The notes beneath the pieces were generated by a model. The model had not been told where the DNA came from and ran no database searches. It worked only from the letters and a program-made list of their open reading frames with translations. Below, in pieces: positions 8,993-17,051 of a DNA stretch of 32,717 nt. This DNA is from Candidatus Poseidoniaceae archaeon (GTDB lineage: Archaea; Thermoplasmatota; Poseidoniia; Poseidoniales; Poseidoniaceae), in assembly GCA_030741455.1 (NCBI GenBank), contig JASLVI010000002.1, positions 1 through 32,717 on the forward strand, in the 5' to 3' direction. Within the stretch, counting starts at the first letter, position 1, and the number at the start of each line of letters is the position of its first letter. The translations under genes and the position numbers were made by a program.

Positions 8993-9032
8993 CCATCGCA
9001 TTGTTGAAGGGCTGGAAACCATTCCAACCATC

Positions 9033-10379
9033 ATGGCACAAGGTCTTGAGGTAGGAAATCGGGTTCGTCTCAAACTTACAACACTTGATGGTGAGACCGA
9101 AATTGAAGGCGTCGTTTTACCATCTGCACTTCCAGATCATATCACGATCAAACTGGCAAATGGATACAACGTGAGTCATCCTCTCGAGTCCATTGAAGTT
9201 CTATCTTCAACCAAATCTGAGCCAACCGCGACATCCCCTTCTGTCAGTGACGCACCTCAGAACCAAGACCTTCCTACTGTTCGAATTATTCACACCGGCG
9301 GAACCATTGCATCGAAAGTGGATTACACAACTGGCGCAGTAACTGCACAATTTGAGCCATCAGAATTGGTTGAACATGTGCCTGAACTACTCAAAATCGC
9401 CAACCTTCAAGTTCACAAAATTGGCAACATGTTCAGCGAAGATATTCGACCTAACCACTGGAATCAAATTATTGAGGCGACCGAGCAAGCATTCGAAGAG
9501 GCGTGCGATGGTGTAGTCGTCACCCATGGCACGGACACACTTCACATCACAGCATCTGCAATCGCCTTTGCTTGGAGTGGCCAAGGCGGGAACCCACCAG
9601 GAAGAATCGCCTTTGTAGGATCTCAACGTTCGAGTGATAGAGCCTCATCAGATGCTGCTCAGAATCTCATATCCGCCGTAAAATGGGCTGCAGAAGGGCC
9701 ACAACCTACTGGAGAACTCAGCGATGCTGTCGTCGTATCCATGCATGAAACCAGTGACGATGGTGCATGTTCCATACACGCAGCGACGGGTGTTCGTAAA
9801 CTTCACTCAAGTCGCCGAGATGCATTCCGACCCGTCAATACAACACCTCTTGCAACCGTTCGAATTGAAAACAAACTCGTTGAACTTCAACTTGAAGGTC
9901 ACTATCAAGAGGCGAGAATGAATATTGTTCCACGAACGATAACAACAAAGGCAGATCGATACGATGAGACAATTGTCATTCGTCAAATGGTTGCAGGTCC
10001 ATGGCTGACAACACGTGAGGTTGAAGATGCAGTGGGATCCAATGTTGATGCTTTGGTCATTCATGGAACAGGATTAGGTCATTTGCCCATAGAAAATCCG
10101 AACGATGATGCACCTCAAAATATTGAATTACATCAAGCATTGGAACAACTATCTCTTCCGATATTAATCGTCAACCAATGCATACATGGACCCGTCAATA
10201 TGAACGTCTACTCGAAAGGACGGATTCAACAAAATATCGGTCTGCTCGGCCATGGCATCACGTCATCTCCAGAAGCTGCAGTCGTAAAGCTTCATTTCGC
10301 CTTATCACACCAATTGGATGTTCCTACAATTATGGGCCAAAACCTACTCGGAGAACAACAACAAACCATTCTGAACTAA
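9033..10379 (+). CDS. gatD: Glutamyl-tRNA(Gln) amidotransferase subunit D.
   Basis: Asparaginase-type motifs IIHTGGTIASKVDYTTGAV and VVTHGTDTL follow a GatD-type N-terminal beta domain. Length is 448 aa. The ORF-track GTG start at 8940 would read through the tRNA, so I chose ATG 9033. Confidence 0.9.
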   Translation: MAQGLEVGNRVRLKLTTLDGETEIEGVVLPSALPDHITIKLANGYNVSHPLESIEVLSSTKSEPTATSPSVSDAPQNQDLPTVRIIHTGGTIASKVDYTTGAVTAQFEPSELVEHVPELLKIANLQVHKIGNMFSEDIRPNHWNQIIEATEQAFEEACDGVVVTHGTDTLHITASAIAFAWSGQGGNPPGRIAFVGSQRSSDRASSDAAQNLISAVKWAAEGPQPTGELSDAVVVSMHETSDDGACSIHAATGVRKLHSSRRDAFRPVNTTPLATVRIENKLVELQLEGHYQEARMNIVPRTITTKADRYDETIVIRQMVAGPWLTTREVEDAVGSNVDALVIHGTGLGHLPIENPNDDAPQNIELHQALEQLSLPILIVNQCIHGPVNMNVYSKGRIQQNIGLLGHGITSSPEAAVVKLHFALSHQLDVPTIMGQNLLGEQQQTILN

Positions 10380-10387
10380 GCGATTCG

Positions 10388-11980
10388 ATGAAGAACCTTA
10401 TCGGCTCTGGTGAGAATATGGCAAGCCCACATGGTGACCCAATCACTGAACTTCGGTCACGACGTGAGCGTGCCCGATTCGGAGGTGGGCGCAAAGCGCT
10501 GGAAGCCATTCGCGCTACTGGCCGTGGAACTGCGAGGGACCGAATCGACCTTCTCCTCGATCCTGACTCCTTCGTCGAAGTTGACACCTTCGTAACCCAT
10601 CGAACCAAAGATCACAACATGTTCCTGCATCAAACGCTCGGCGATGGTGTCGTCACAGGACATGGTACAATCGATGGTCGACGAGTATACTGTTTTGCAC
10701 AAGATTTCAGCGTCCATGGAGGTTCGATGGGCGAAATGCATGCAAAGAAGATTGCCAAACTCGTAGAAATGGCTGAGCGTTCGAAAACACCCCTAGTCTG
10801 CGTCTGGGATGGTGGAGGCCAACGTGCCCACGATGGAATCGATGCACTGGCTGGAACGGGTGAATTGCTCGATCGTTTGGTCCAATGCAGTGGGCGTGTT
10901 CCTGTCATCAGTCTCGTCTTAGGCCCAGTTGTTGGCGTGTCTGCATTGGCAGCGAGTCTATCCGATTTTACAATTTTAGGCGAAGAACATGGCCAACTGT
11001 TCCTATCATCGCCTTTGGAAACACCTGAAGTTCAAGCTGGAGAAGTGGATGCTGCAGGACTTGGTGGTGCAAATCTCCATGCATCCCGTTCAGGAATTGC
11101 TTGCTTGGTTGCCGATGATGAAGATGATGCGTTCTTCCTTGTCCAAGAAATCCTTTCCTACCTTCCAGATCACAACGATGCTGAACCACCTTATGTTGCA
11201 ACAGAAGATCCAATCAATCGTATGAACGATGAATTGGAATCGCTTGTTCCCGACAATCCCAACCGCCCTTACAATATGGTGAGTGTTGTCGAAGAGGTTG
11301 TTGACGATGGTGAATTCCTCGAACTTTTCCCAAACTACGCAGAGAACATCATCATTGGTTTCGCTCGGCTTGATGGTCGAAGCATTGGCGTGGTTGGTAA
11401 TCAACCAAATGTACTCGCAGGATGCTTGGACATCGACGCATCCATCAAAGCAGCACGATTCATCCGACTTTGCGACGCCTTCAACATCCCTCTCGTCACC
11501 TTTGAAGATGTACCTGGATTCTTACCTGGTGTCGTTCAAGAATGGGGAGGAATTATTCGGCACGGTGCTAAATTGCTGTTCGCGTACGCTGAGGCGACGG
11601 TGCCGAAATTAACGCTCGTCACTCGAAAGGCTTACGGTGGCGCCTATCTTGCCATGTCATGCAAACACTTGCAGAGCGATTACAACGTTGCATGGCCTAC
11701 CGCTGAACTTGCCGTTATGGGAGCAGAAGGTGCGGTTAACATCATTCATCGACGAGAAATTAATGCTGTTGATGACGACAAAAAGGAAGAGGTTCGCCAA
11801 CAATTGGTCGCTGAATACAAGGCGAAATTTGGCGACCCGTACGTTGCAGCACGGAACGGTTGGCTTGACGATGTTATCGAACCGACTGAAAGCCGTCTAC
11901 GATTGTGCAGAGCCCTTGCAATCCTGCGATCAAAGCGTGAATGGAGCCCTCCGAAAAAGCACGGAAACATTCCACTATGA
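10388..11980 (+). CDS. Acyl-CoA carboxylase carboxyltransferase subunit (propionyl-CoA carboxylase beta / methylmalonyl-CoA decarboxylase alpha family).
   Basis: 530 aa with family-typical blocks: GTARDRIDLLLDPDSFVEVD, FAQDFSVHGGSMGE, GVVGNQP, ARFIRLCDAFNIPLVTFEDVPGFLPG and RKAYGGAYLAM. The track start at 10178 overlaps gatD in another frame, so I used ATG 10388, which follows the gatD stop by 8 nt. Confidence 0.88.
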   Translation: MKNLIGSGENMASPHGDPITELRSRRERARFGGGRKALEAIRATGRGTARDRIDLLLDPDSFVEVDTFVTHRTKDHNMFLHQTLGDGVVTGHGTIDGRRVYCFAQDFSVHGGSMGEMHAKKIAKLVEMAERSKTPLVCVWDGGGQRAHDGIDALAGTGELLDRLVQCSGRVPVISLVLGPVVGVSALAASLSDFTILGEEHGQLFLSSPLETPEVQAGEVDAAGLGGANLHASRSGIACLVADDEDDAFFLVQEILSYLPDHNDAEPPYVATEDPINRMNDELESLVPDNPNRPYNMVSVVEEVVDDGEFLELFPNYAENIIIGFARLDGRSIGVVGNQPNVLAGCLDIDASIKAARFIRLCDAFNIPLVTFEDVPGFLPGVVQEWGGIIRHGAKLLFAYAEATVPKLTLVTRKAYGGAYLAMSCKHLQSDYNVAWPTAELAVMGAEGAVNIIHRREINAVDDDKKEEVRQQLVAEYKAKFGDPYVAARNGWLDDVIEPTESRLRLCRALAILRSKREWSPPKKHGNIPL

Positions 11981-14650
11981 GTTGTTCATGTTCTCTACAC
12001 GGGCAAGTAATCCGCCACCAGATTGGGCCTGCTGAAGCGGTTCTCGCGGTGGTTTTCGGAATTGGAAGAGAAGCCATCCGACCATACCAAGCAATGGTAG
12101 AATGATGAGGGCTGCAACCATTGTACTTCCAGAACTTGATTCAGGATCATTGCCGACACTTGGCGTTGGTTGTTCATCTGGAACAAGATATTGTAGTCGA
12201 AGCGATACATCTGCAAACGAAGGATCGCGTGCGACGATGTCAATATTCAACGGCGCCCCTGCTTGCAATTCAACATCGAATCGTTCTTCGCAGGTTCCAT
12301 TGGAATCACAGGTGCGTTGTCCTACAACTTCAACGCCATCAAATCGAACAATGACATCCATGTCATCACCATCAGCATCACGCCATTCCCACTGGAGTAG
12401 AAGGAAGGAATCATCGCTTTGCTCAACCGATCCGTTTGAGAGCGTCGGTTTGTCGGGCGTGGGCTCAATGGTGATGTTCATTCGATTGGAAAATATCGTA
12501 TTACCATCGGTTACATTCAGCCACCACGCTTGATCAGCACCCCATTTATCGAGGAGTGCAGAAACGAGTAATTCCTGCCCTGAAAGTGCTAACATAACGT
12601 TTGATTCACCCACAGATTCCACAGACCATGTCAATGGATCGCCATCAACATCGGAGGCGAACTGGGATAGATCGATTAAGATGGTTTCTTCCTCATCCAT
12701 CGACAACGACCAAGCTGATTCATCGACAACGAACGCATCATCAACAGCTTCGATACGAAGTGGTACATCAGCCACCAGAGGTGGATTGAATCCATCCGAG
12801 ATCGTTAACTGAAGCACTTCAGCACCATTCGCATCTGGAAGAGGCGTGAATTGGATGAGAGGTAAATCAGTTGATACACTCCATGAGACCTTGTCACCGC
12901 TACCTTGTGACAAACCGTTAATCTGAACCATTAGAGGTTGTTGCTCAGGATCGAAGAAATAATTTTCATAATTCAAGAAGAGACTTTCTCCATCTTCAGT
13001 AAGGGTTTGTTGATCGATGGTAGAAATCCGAAGAATTTGGTCATTTACAGGAACAACGCGCCCATCAAGTGTCACATTCGTTTGGTCGAGGATATCTCCT
13101 GTTGCTTCTAGATCAAGTTCGATGCGTGTCGTCCCCTCCCATTCTTCATCGACTGAGTGATACAACGTAACTGACGAAGCATCGGGACTGATCACGACAA
13201 GGAAATGTGATTCATTGTCGAGGACGGTCGCATTGAGAATACGAATGGGCTGGCCATCGGGGTCTGTAGCAATATCTGATGCATACAACACCATCGAATC
13301 ACGTTGAGGGACAATGAATTCGGGAAGAGGTTCTGCAAGTTCAATCGGATCGTTGGTTCGGATGAAATCAAAGCTCGCAAAACCTGTTCCGCCTTCTACT
13401 GATACGACCAGCCGAAGTTCGTGTGGACCGGGTGCAATTCCTTGCATTGGGATTGTACACGAGACATTCTCTTGAACGATGGTCGCCTGATATGTAGTCA
13501 TATTGTTCAAGAGACAATGCGCTTCAATCGTCCACATCGAAGGTAGATCAGCATAAACGTCTCCATTTCGCATCGACCATAATGCTTCGAACTCTGCATC
13601 ATCTTGCGGCCCAAACACCGTACCATTGAGACTTGTAACGTTCGTGATTCGAATCAATTTCGCATCATCGAGCAACTCGTCGACATAGCCGTTTGAATCC
13701 GAGGAAGAATGCAAGTTATTCTCTCGATTGAATGCTTCTCTAAATTTGGAATGATCGCCACGTAATGTGACATCGAGATACGGGAGAATATGCTCCATTG
13801 CATGATCAATTTGTTCTTCTTGTGTTAACGAAGCGTCCCCATCATTAAAATCCTCAATAAACGATGATGTGTCTTGATATTGGTAATGATTTGCACCGAG
13901 TGAATGTAGAATTTGCCAAGCAAGACCGTCCACATTTTCCAAAACAGGAATCACGTTTTCTGTGGCAGGGGCGATTTCATCCGCACTTCCTGTGATATAG
14001 AGAGCCACATTTGGAACGGCACCACTGATGATAAGCGGATCTTGAACTTCATCGACTTGCATCGCCAATCCTACCAAGGCACGAGGTGGTTGAATCGATT
14101 CGTTATCTACGAAGTTCTCCCAGTTGATGTAAACGTTTGAAGCCCATGTTGCACCATAACCATGACCGATAAGCCCCCAATGGTTTTCATCGACCGCACC
14201 ATACATGCCTAAGACAACTTCATGGGTTTTGTTCGCTTCATGCATCCAGTCCCGAACATCGAGGATTGATTCAATGAGGCTTTGAAAATTTGGCGTGTTA
14301 TCCGTGGTTAATTCCGAATGGATGTAGACCATGGTGCCACGTTGAGCGATACGCGTTGAGATAAGCATGTAGTTGTCTGGCGATTCGTTCTCATCGATGA
14401 GAAGGAGAACCCATGGAAACGGCCCATTTCCAGCAACTTCTTGCTCTTCACCGCTGCTGAGTGCAGGATACACCAAACGGTGATCAGGCCCGAATGCACC
14501 TGAATCTGCATCAAAATCAACGAAGCCTACTGGGAAATTTTCACCATTGTGTGTTGGTTGGAAATGTTGATCCTCTTCTGGTACAGCCAACGTTGTTGAA
14601 AGAGTTGAAAGAAACAACAAACAAACGAGAACACATGCTCGCTGGCTCAT
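11975..14650 (-). CDS. Anchored surface protein: signal peptide, alpha/beta-hydrolase-like domain with a Gly at the nucleophile position, cadherin-like repeats and a C-terminal TM anchor.
   Basis: Signal MSQRACVLVCLLFLSTLSTTLAVPEE. Nucleophile elbow reads LIGHGYGA. Repeats carry DPDGQPI, DVDGDPLTW and VNDQ/VDDA motifs. C-terminal anchor MVAALIILPLLGMVGWLLFQFRKPPRE. ATG 14650 is preferred over 14674 because a CTCAAAT box sits 29 nt upstream of 14650. Confidence 0.85.
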   Translation of the reverse strand: MSQRACVLVCLLFLSTLSTTLAVPEEDQHFQPTHNGENFPVGFVDFDADSGAFGPDHRLVYPALSSGEEQEVAGNGPFPWVLLLIDENESPDNYMLISTRIAQRGTMVYIHSELTTDNTPNFQSLIESILDVRDWMHEANKTHEVVLGMYGAVDENHWGLIGHGYGATWASNVYINWENFVDNESIQPPRALVGLAMQVDEVQDPLIISGAVPNVALYITGSADEIAPATENVIPVLENVDGLAWQILHSLGANHYQYQDTSSFIEDFNDGDASLTQEEQIDHAMEHILPYLDVTLRGDHSKFREAFNRENNLHSSSDSNGYVDELLDDAKLIRITNVTSLNGTVFGPQDDAEFEALWSMRNGDVYADLPSMWTIEAHCLLNNMTTYQATIVQENVSCTIPMQGIAPGPHELRLVVSVEGGTGFASFDFIRTNDPIELAEPLPEFIVPQRDSMVLYASDIATDPDGQPIRILNATVLDNESHFLVVISPDASSVTLYHSVDEEWEGTTRIELDLEATGDILDQTNVTLDGRVVPVNDQILRISTIDQQTLTEDGESLFLNYENYFFDPEQQPLMVQINGLSQGSGDKVSWSVSTDLPLIQFTPLPDANGAEVLQLTISDGFNPPLVADVPLRIEAVDDAFVVDESAWSLSMDEEETILIDLSQFASDVDGDPLTWSVESVGESNVMLALSGQELLVSALLDKWGADQAWWLNVTDGNTIFSNRMNITIEPTPDKPTLSNGSVEQSDDSFLLLQWEWRDADGDDMDVIVRFDGVEVVGQRTCDSNGTCEERFDVELQAGAPLNIDIVARDPSFADVSLRLQYLVPDEQPTPSVGNDPESSSGSTMVAALIILPLLGMVGWLLFQFRKPPREPLQQAQSGGGLLARVENMNNS

Positions 14651-14672
14651 ATACACCTGTTCATGTCTGAAC

Positions 14673-14679
14673 ATTTGAG
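14673..14679 (-). promoter_or_regulatory. Candidate TATA-like box CTCAAAT for the 891-aa surface-protein gene.
   Basis: 29 nt upstream of ATG 14650 on the minus strand. It matches the recurring motif and spacing seen elsewhere in the window. Confidence 0.4.
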
Positions 14680-14696
14680 TCTTGCAGCCAAATGCT

Positions 14697-15683
14697 TCAA
14701 TTTTCGTTCAATTTATGCTCATAAAGCGCCATCCATGTCATCAATTCCTCAAGCAATGGAAGATGTTCACCCAACGAAGGCGTCCACAAACAACGCCATG
14801 ATTCAAGGTGTTGTGCAGCCAACATCCATCGGCCATCGATTTGATGATTCTTGATTGATAGACGCTCGAAACGCTGCTCTAACGTCCCATCCATTTCAGT
14901 GTATGTCGGATGAAGCAAAAACTTCGATTGTGGAATTTCTTCGAGTGTGCCTTCAGTATCGATGACAACATCAAATTCCGTATCTATTCGATGTTTGAAG
15001 TTGGCAAGTGTTGCCGGCAATTGCCTTCTTCCACCGAGGGAGGTAACACGGCCGCCCGCCTTTATCCAGGCTGAAGCAATCGAACGCGCAGCACCGCCTC
15101 CTCCATGAATACCAAGAATTGCTTCTTGACCAACATCAATTCCGAAATGATGGGCGACATGAACAACACCAAAACCATCTGTTGTGGCACAATACCATCC
15201 TTGGTCAGAGTAACGAAGTGTGTTTACTGACAGAATGTCCAACGATTCATCAATCTGCGTAAACACCATACTCTGAAGTTGGTGTTTCAAAGGCATGGTC
15301 AAATTCAACCACACTTCTTTGTCGGAAGTACGTGTCGGCAACTGCGAAATCCTGACGCTCCTCAATGGAGGTTGAAGAATGGGTGTCAATGAGGGATTAG
15401 AATCCATTTGGACAATCTCTGAACCCAGTGCATACAAATTCGGTTGAAATGATTTCAACCGTTGCTTTGCAGGTTGCCATGCAGGTTGATGAAGGTCATG
15501 TTCAATGTATGCCCAACCCAGTAACTCATCGATATGCGTCGTATCGATAATCGAGACTGAGGGATGACTCGGCGTTGAGAGAACACCCTTTGCTACGAGA
15601 TCGGACAAAACCAGATTGAACAAGATTGGTGAAAGAGAATGGTCGATAGGAGAACCGCCAACAGCGTATCTCAAATCGTCCAT
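14697..15683 (-). CDS. aroE: Shikimate dehydrogenase-like protein with a roughly 55-aa insertion in the N-terminal substrate domain.
   Basis: AroE motifs occur in order: GSPIDHSLSPILFN, NLTMPLK, SVNT...TTDGFG and the NAD(P) loop GIHGGGGAARS. At 328 aa it is longer than the usual ~270 aa. Confidence 0.7.
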   Translation of the reverse strand: MDDLRYAVGGSPIDHSLSPILFNLVLSDLVAKGVLSTPSHPSVSIIDTTHIDELLGWAYIEHDLHQPAWQPAKQRLKSFQPNLYALGSEIVQMDSNPSLTPILQPPLRSVRISQLPTRTSDKEVWLNLTMPLKHQLQSMVFTQIDESLDILSVNTLRYSDQGWYCATTDGFGVVHVAHHFGIDVGQEAILGIHGGGGAARSIASAWIKAGGRVTSLGGRRQLPATLANFKHRIDTEFDVVIDTEGTLEEIPQSKFLLHPTYTEMDGTLEQRFERLSIKNHQIDGRWMLAAQHLESWRCLWTPSLGEHLPLLEELMTWMALYEHKLNEN

Positions 15684-15761
15684 GAGTCGACTTCGCAGTC
15701 ATTGTTCATGAACGTCTGCTTTACGCATCTTGGTGAAAATGTGTCAAATGCAGGCCATGTA

Positions 15762-15770
15762 TTCAAAAAG
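15762..15770 (+). promoter_or_regulatory. Candidate TATA-like box TTCAAAAAG for the membrane/NfeD/flotillin operon.
   Basis: 29 nt upstream of ATG 15791, implying a leaderless transcript. It lies in the divergent region shared with aroE. Confidence 0.45.
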
Positions 15771-15790
15771 AAGGCCGTCTTCCTTTGTAC

Positions 15791-16099
15791 ATGGCCGTAG
15801 CAGAACGTGGGTCCTTTCTCTGGATGATGTTTGCGATTACTCAAATTTTTCTCTCGATCAAATTGATGGGTGAAGTCGAAGGCTGGATAACGACCCTTTT
15901 TGGTGGAGGTGGTGCTGCTGCAATTATGCTTGCACTGGTCATCTTCCGCCAAGAACAACGAGAACTCCTTCTTAATCCACTCAAAATGAGTCGTGAAGTT
16001 CATGACGATGCAATCAGAGGTCAAGGGAAAGGCGTTGGTTTCGGCGTGGGCGTATGGGTCGTAGCACTCATCTTCTTACTCTTTGCTGATTTTTCATAG
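15791..16099 (+). CDS. Small integral membrane protein (102 aa, about 3 TM helices); first gene of the flotillin operon.
   Basis: TM-like segments are FLWMMFAITQIFLSI, ITTLFGGGGAAAIMLALVIF and VGFGVGVWVVALIFLLFA. The antisense ORF 15671..16024 has an implausible Cys/His/Trp-rich composition. Confidence 0.6.
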   Translation: MAVAERGSFLWMMFAITQIFLSIKLMGEVEGWITTLFGGGGAAAIMLALVIFRQEQRELLLNPLKMSREVHDDAIRGQGKGVGFGVGVWVVALIFLLFADFS

Positions 16100-16108
16100 G
16101 CCGATAAA

Positions 16109-16360
16109 ATGATACCAGTCGACCCTGGAACAGCAACGACAATACGTGCTATTGACGAAGGCTCGGAAGAATTGTTTGGTGGCTTTTGGCCATTTATCCG
16201 TAGAACATTGATGCTTTTCCTACCGCTTTGGGTATGGCTTCTTTTGTGGGCTGCAGGCTTACCGAATATTATCTCAGCATTATTTTCAGGACTCTCTCTG
16301 TCTCTCGTTGTTGCGATAGAACAGTACAAACTTCGTCAGATTGCCAGAAAAGACAATTAA
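16109..16360 (+). CDS. Small integral membrane protein (83 aa, 2 TM helices).
   Basis: Begins at an ATG 9 nt after the previous stop. TM-like segments are TLMLFLPLWVWLLLWAAGL and IISALFSGLSLSLVVAI. It is in the same orientation as the rest of the operon. Confidence 0.55.
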   Translation: MIPVDPGTATTIRAIDEGSEELFGGFWPFIRRTLMLFLPLWVWLLLWAAGLPNIISALFSGLSLSLVVAIEQYKLRQIARKDN

Positions 16361-16382
16361 TGACGGCCTACTATCCTTAGGC

Positions 16383-16991
16383 ATGACCTTATTTGAGATG
16401 TTGACGGAATTTGTCGGAATCGAAGCTCCTTCCTTAATGGAAATCATATTCGTGAGTTGTGCAGTACTTGGCGGAATACTATTTTTCATCATGATGCTCC
16501 TCATGATGGTAGGTGATGTTCTTGGAGGAGTTACTGACGCAATCGGTTTGGATATCGATGCTGGTGGTGGAGCATTTGAGATTTTGAGTGTTCAGGGCCT
16601 TTCCGTTGCAGTCATGATGTTTGGCTTGACTGGAATGTTTGGCCTTTCAGCAACGGGAAATGATGTCGTCGCTGTTCTTGCAGGTGGAATAGGCGCAGCA
16701 GCCGGCATGTATGGCATGGGGAAAATGATGTATGGAATCAATCAACTCCAAGCAGATGGTACAATCAACTACAACGATGCAATCGGCCAACGCGGCCAAG
16801 TCTATTCTCGCATCAAGCCAAACGAAACTGGTGAGATTCAAGTCCCTGTGGACGGTACACTCAAGACATTGTTGGCCAGAGCGCAAGACAAGTCGATATT
16901 GATCCCATCTGGAGAATTTATCAGAGTGGTCGATATCATCGGATCGACAATGATTGTCGCCCCACTTGAAGACGGTTCTTCTGAAGAGTGA
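16383..16991 (+). CDS. NfeD-like membrane protein (N-terminal TM helices plus a C-terminal OB-fold domain).
   Basis: A multi-TM N-terminus is followed by GQRGQVYSRIKPNETGEIQVPVDGTLKTLLARAQDKSILIPSGEFIRVVDIIGSTMIVAPLE, which is typical of the NfeD C-terminal beta-barrel. It sits immediately upstream of a flotillin gene, the classic NfeD-SPFH pairing. A TTG at 16341 is an alternative start. Confidence 0.75.
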   Translation: MTLFEMLTEFVGIEAPSLMEIIFVSCAVLGGILFFIMMLLMMVGDVLGGVTDAIGLDIDAGGGAFEILSVQGLSVAVMMFGLTGMFGLSATGNDVVAVLAGGIGAAAGMYGMGKMMYGINQLQADGTINYNDAIGQRGQVYSRIKPNETGEIQVPVDGTLKTLLARAQDKSILIPSGEFIRVVDIIGSTMIVAPLEDGSSEE

Positions 16992-17051
16992 ATAGAAATT
17001 CAGTAAGACGTAGGCAAAGTGATTAATAACGAATATCGTTAGGTTAATGAC

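Noticed and set aside
8940-9032. N-terminal extension of the gatD ORF from GTG 8940.
   Set aside because: It would translate straight through the 3' half of the tRNA(CAT) gene (…GFEPRSRHHH…). The GatD homology begins at ATG 9033.
10178-10387. 70-aa N-terminal extension of the carboxyltransferase ORF.
   Set aside because: It overlaps the last 200 nt of gatD in another frame, with an Arg/Ser/Thr-rich nonsense-like sequence. ATG 10388 lies just after the gatD stop and gives a family-typical 530-aa protein.
15671-16024. 117-aa minus-strand ORF overlapping the aroE start and the first flotillin-operon gene.
   Set aside because: The composition is rich in Cys, His, Trp and Phe with no hydrophobic periodicity. 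The opposite-strand ORF has clear TM helices, a promoter box at the right spacing and operon context.
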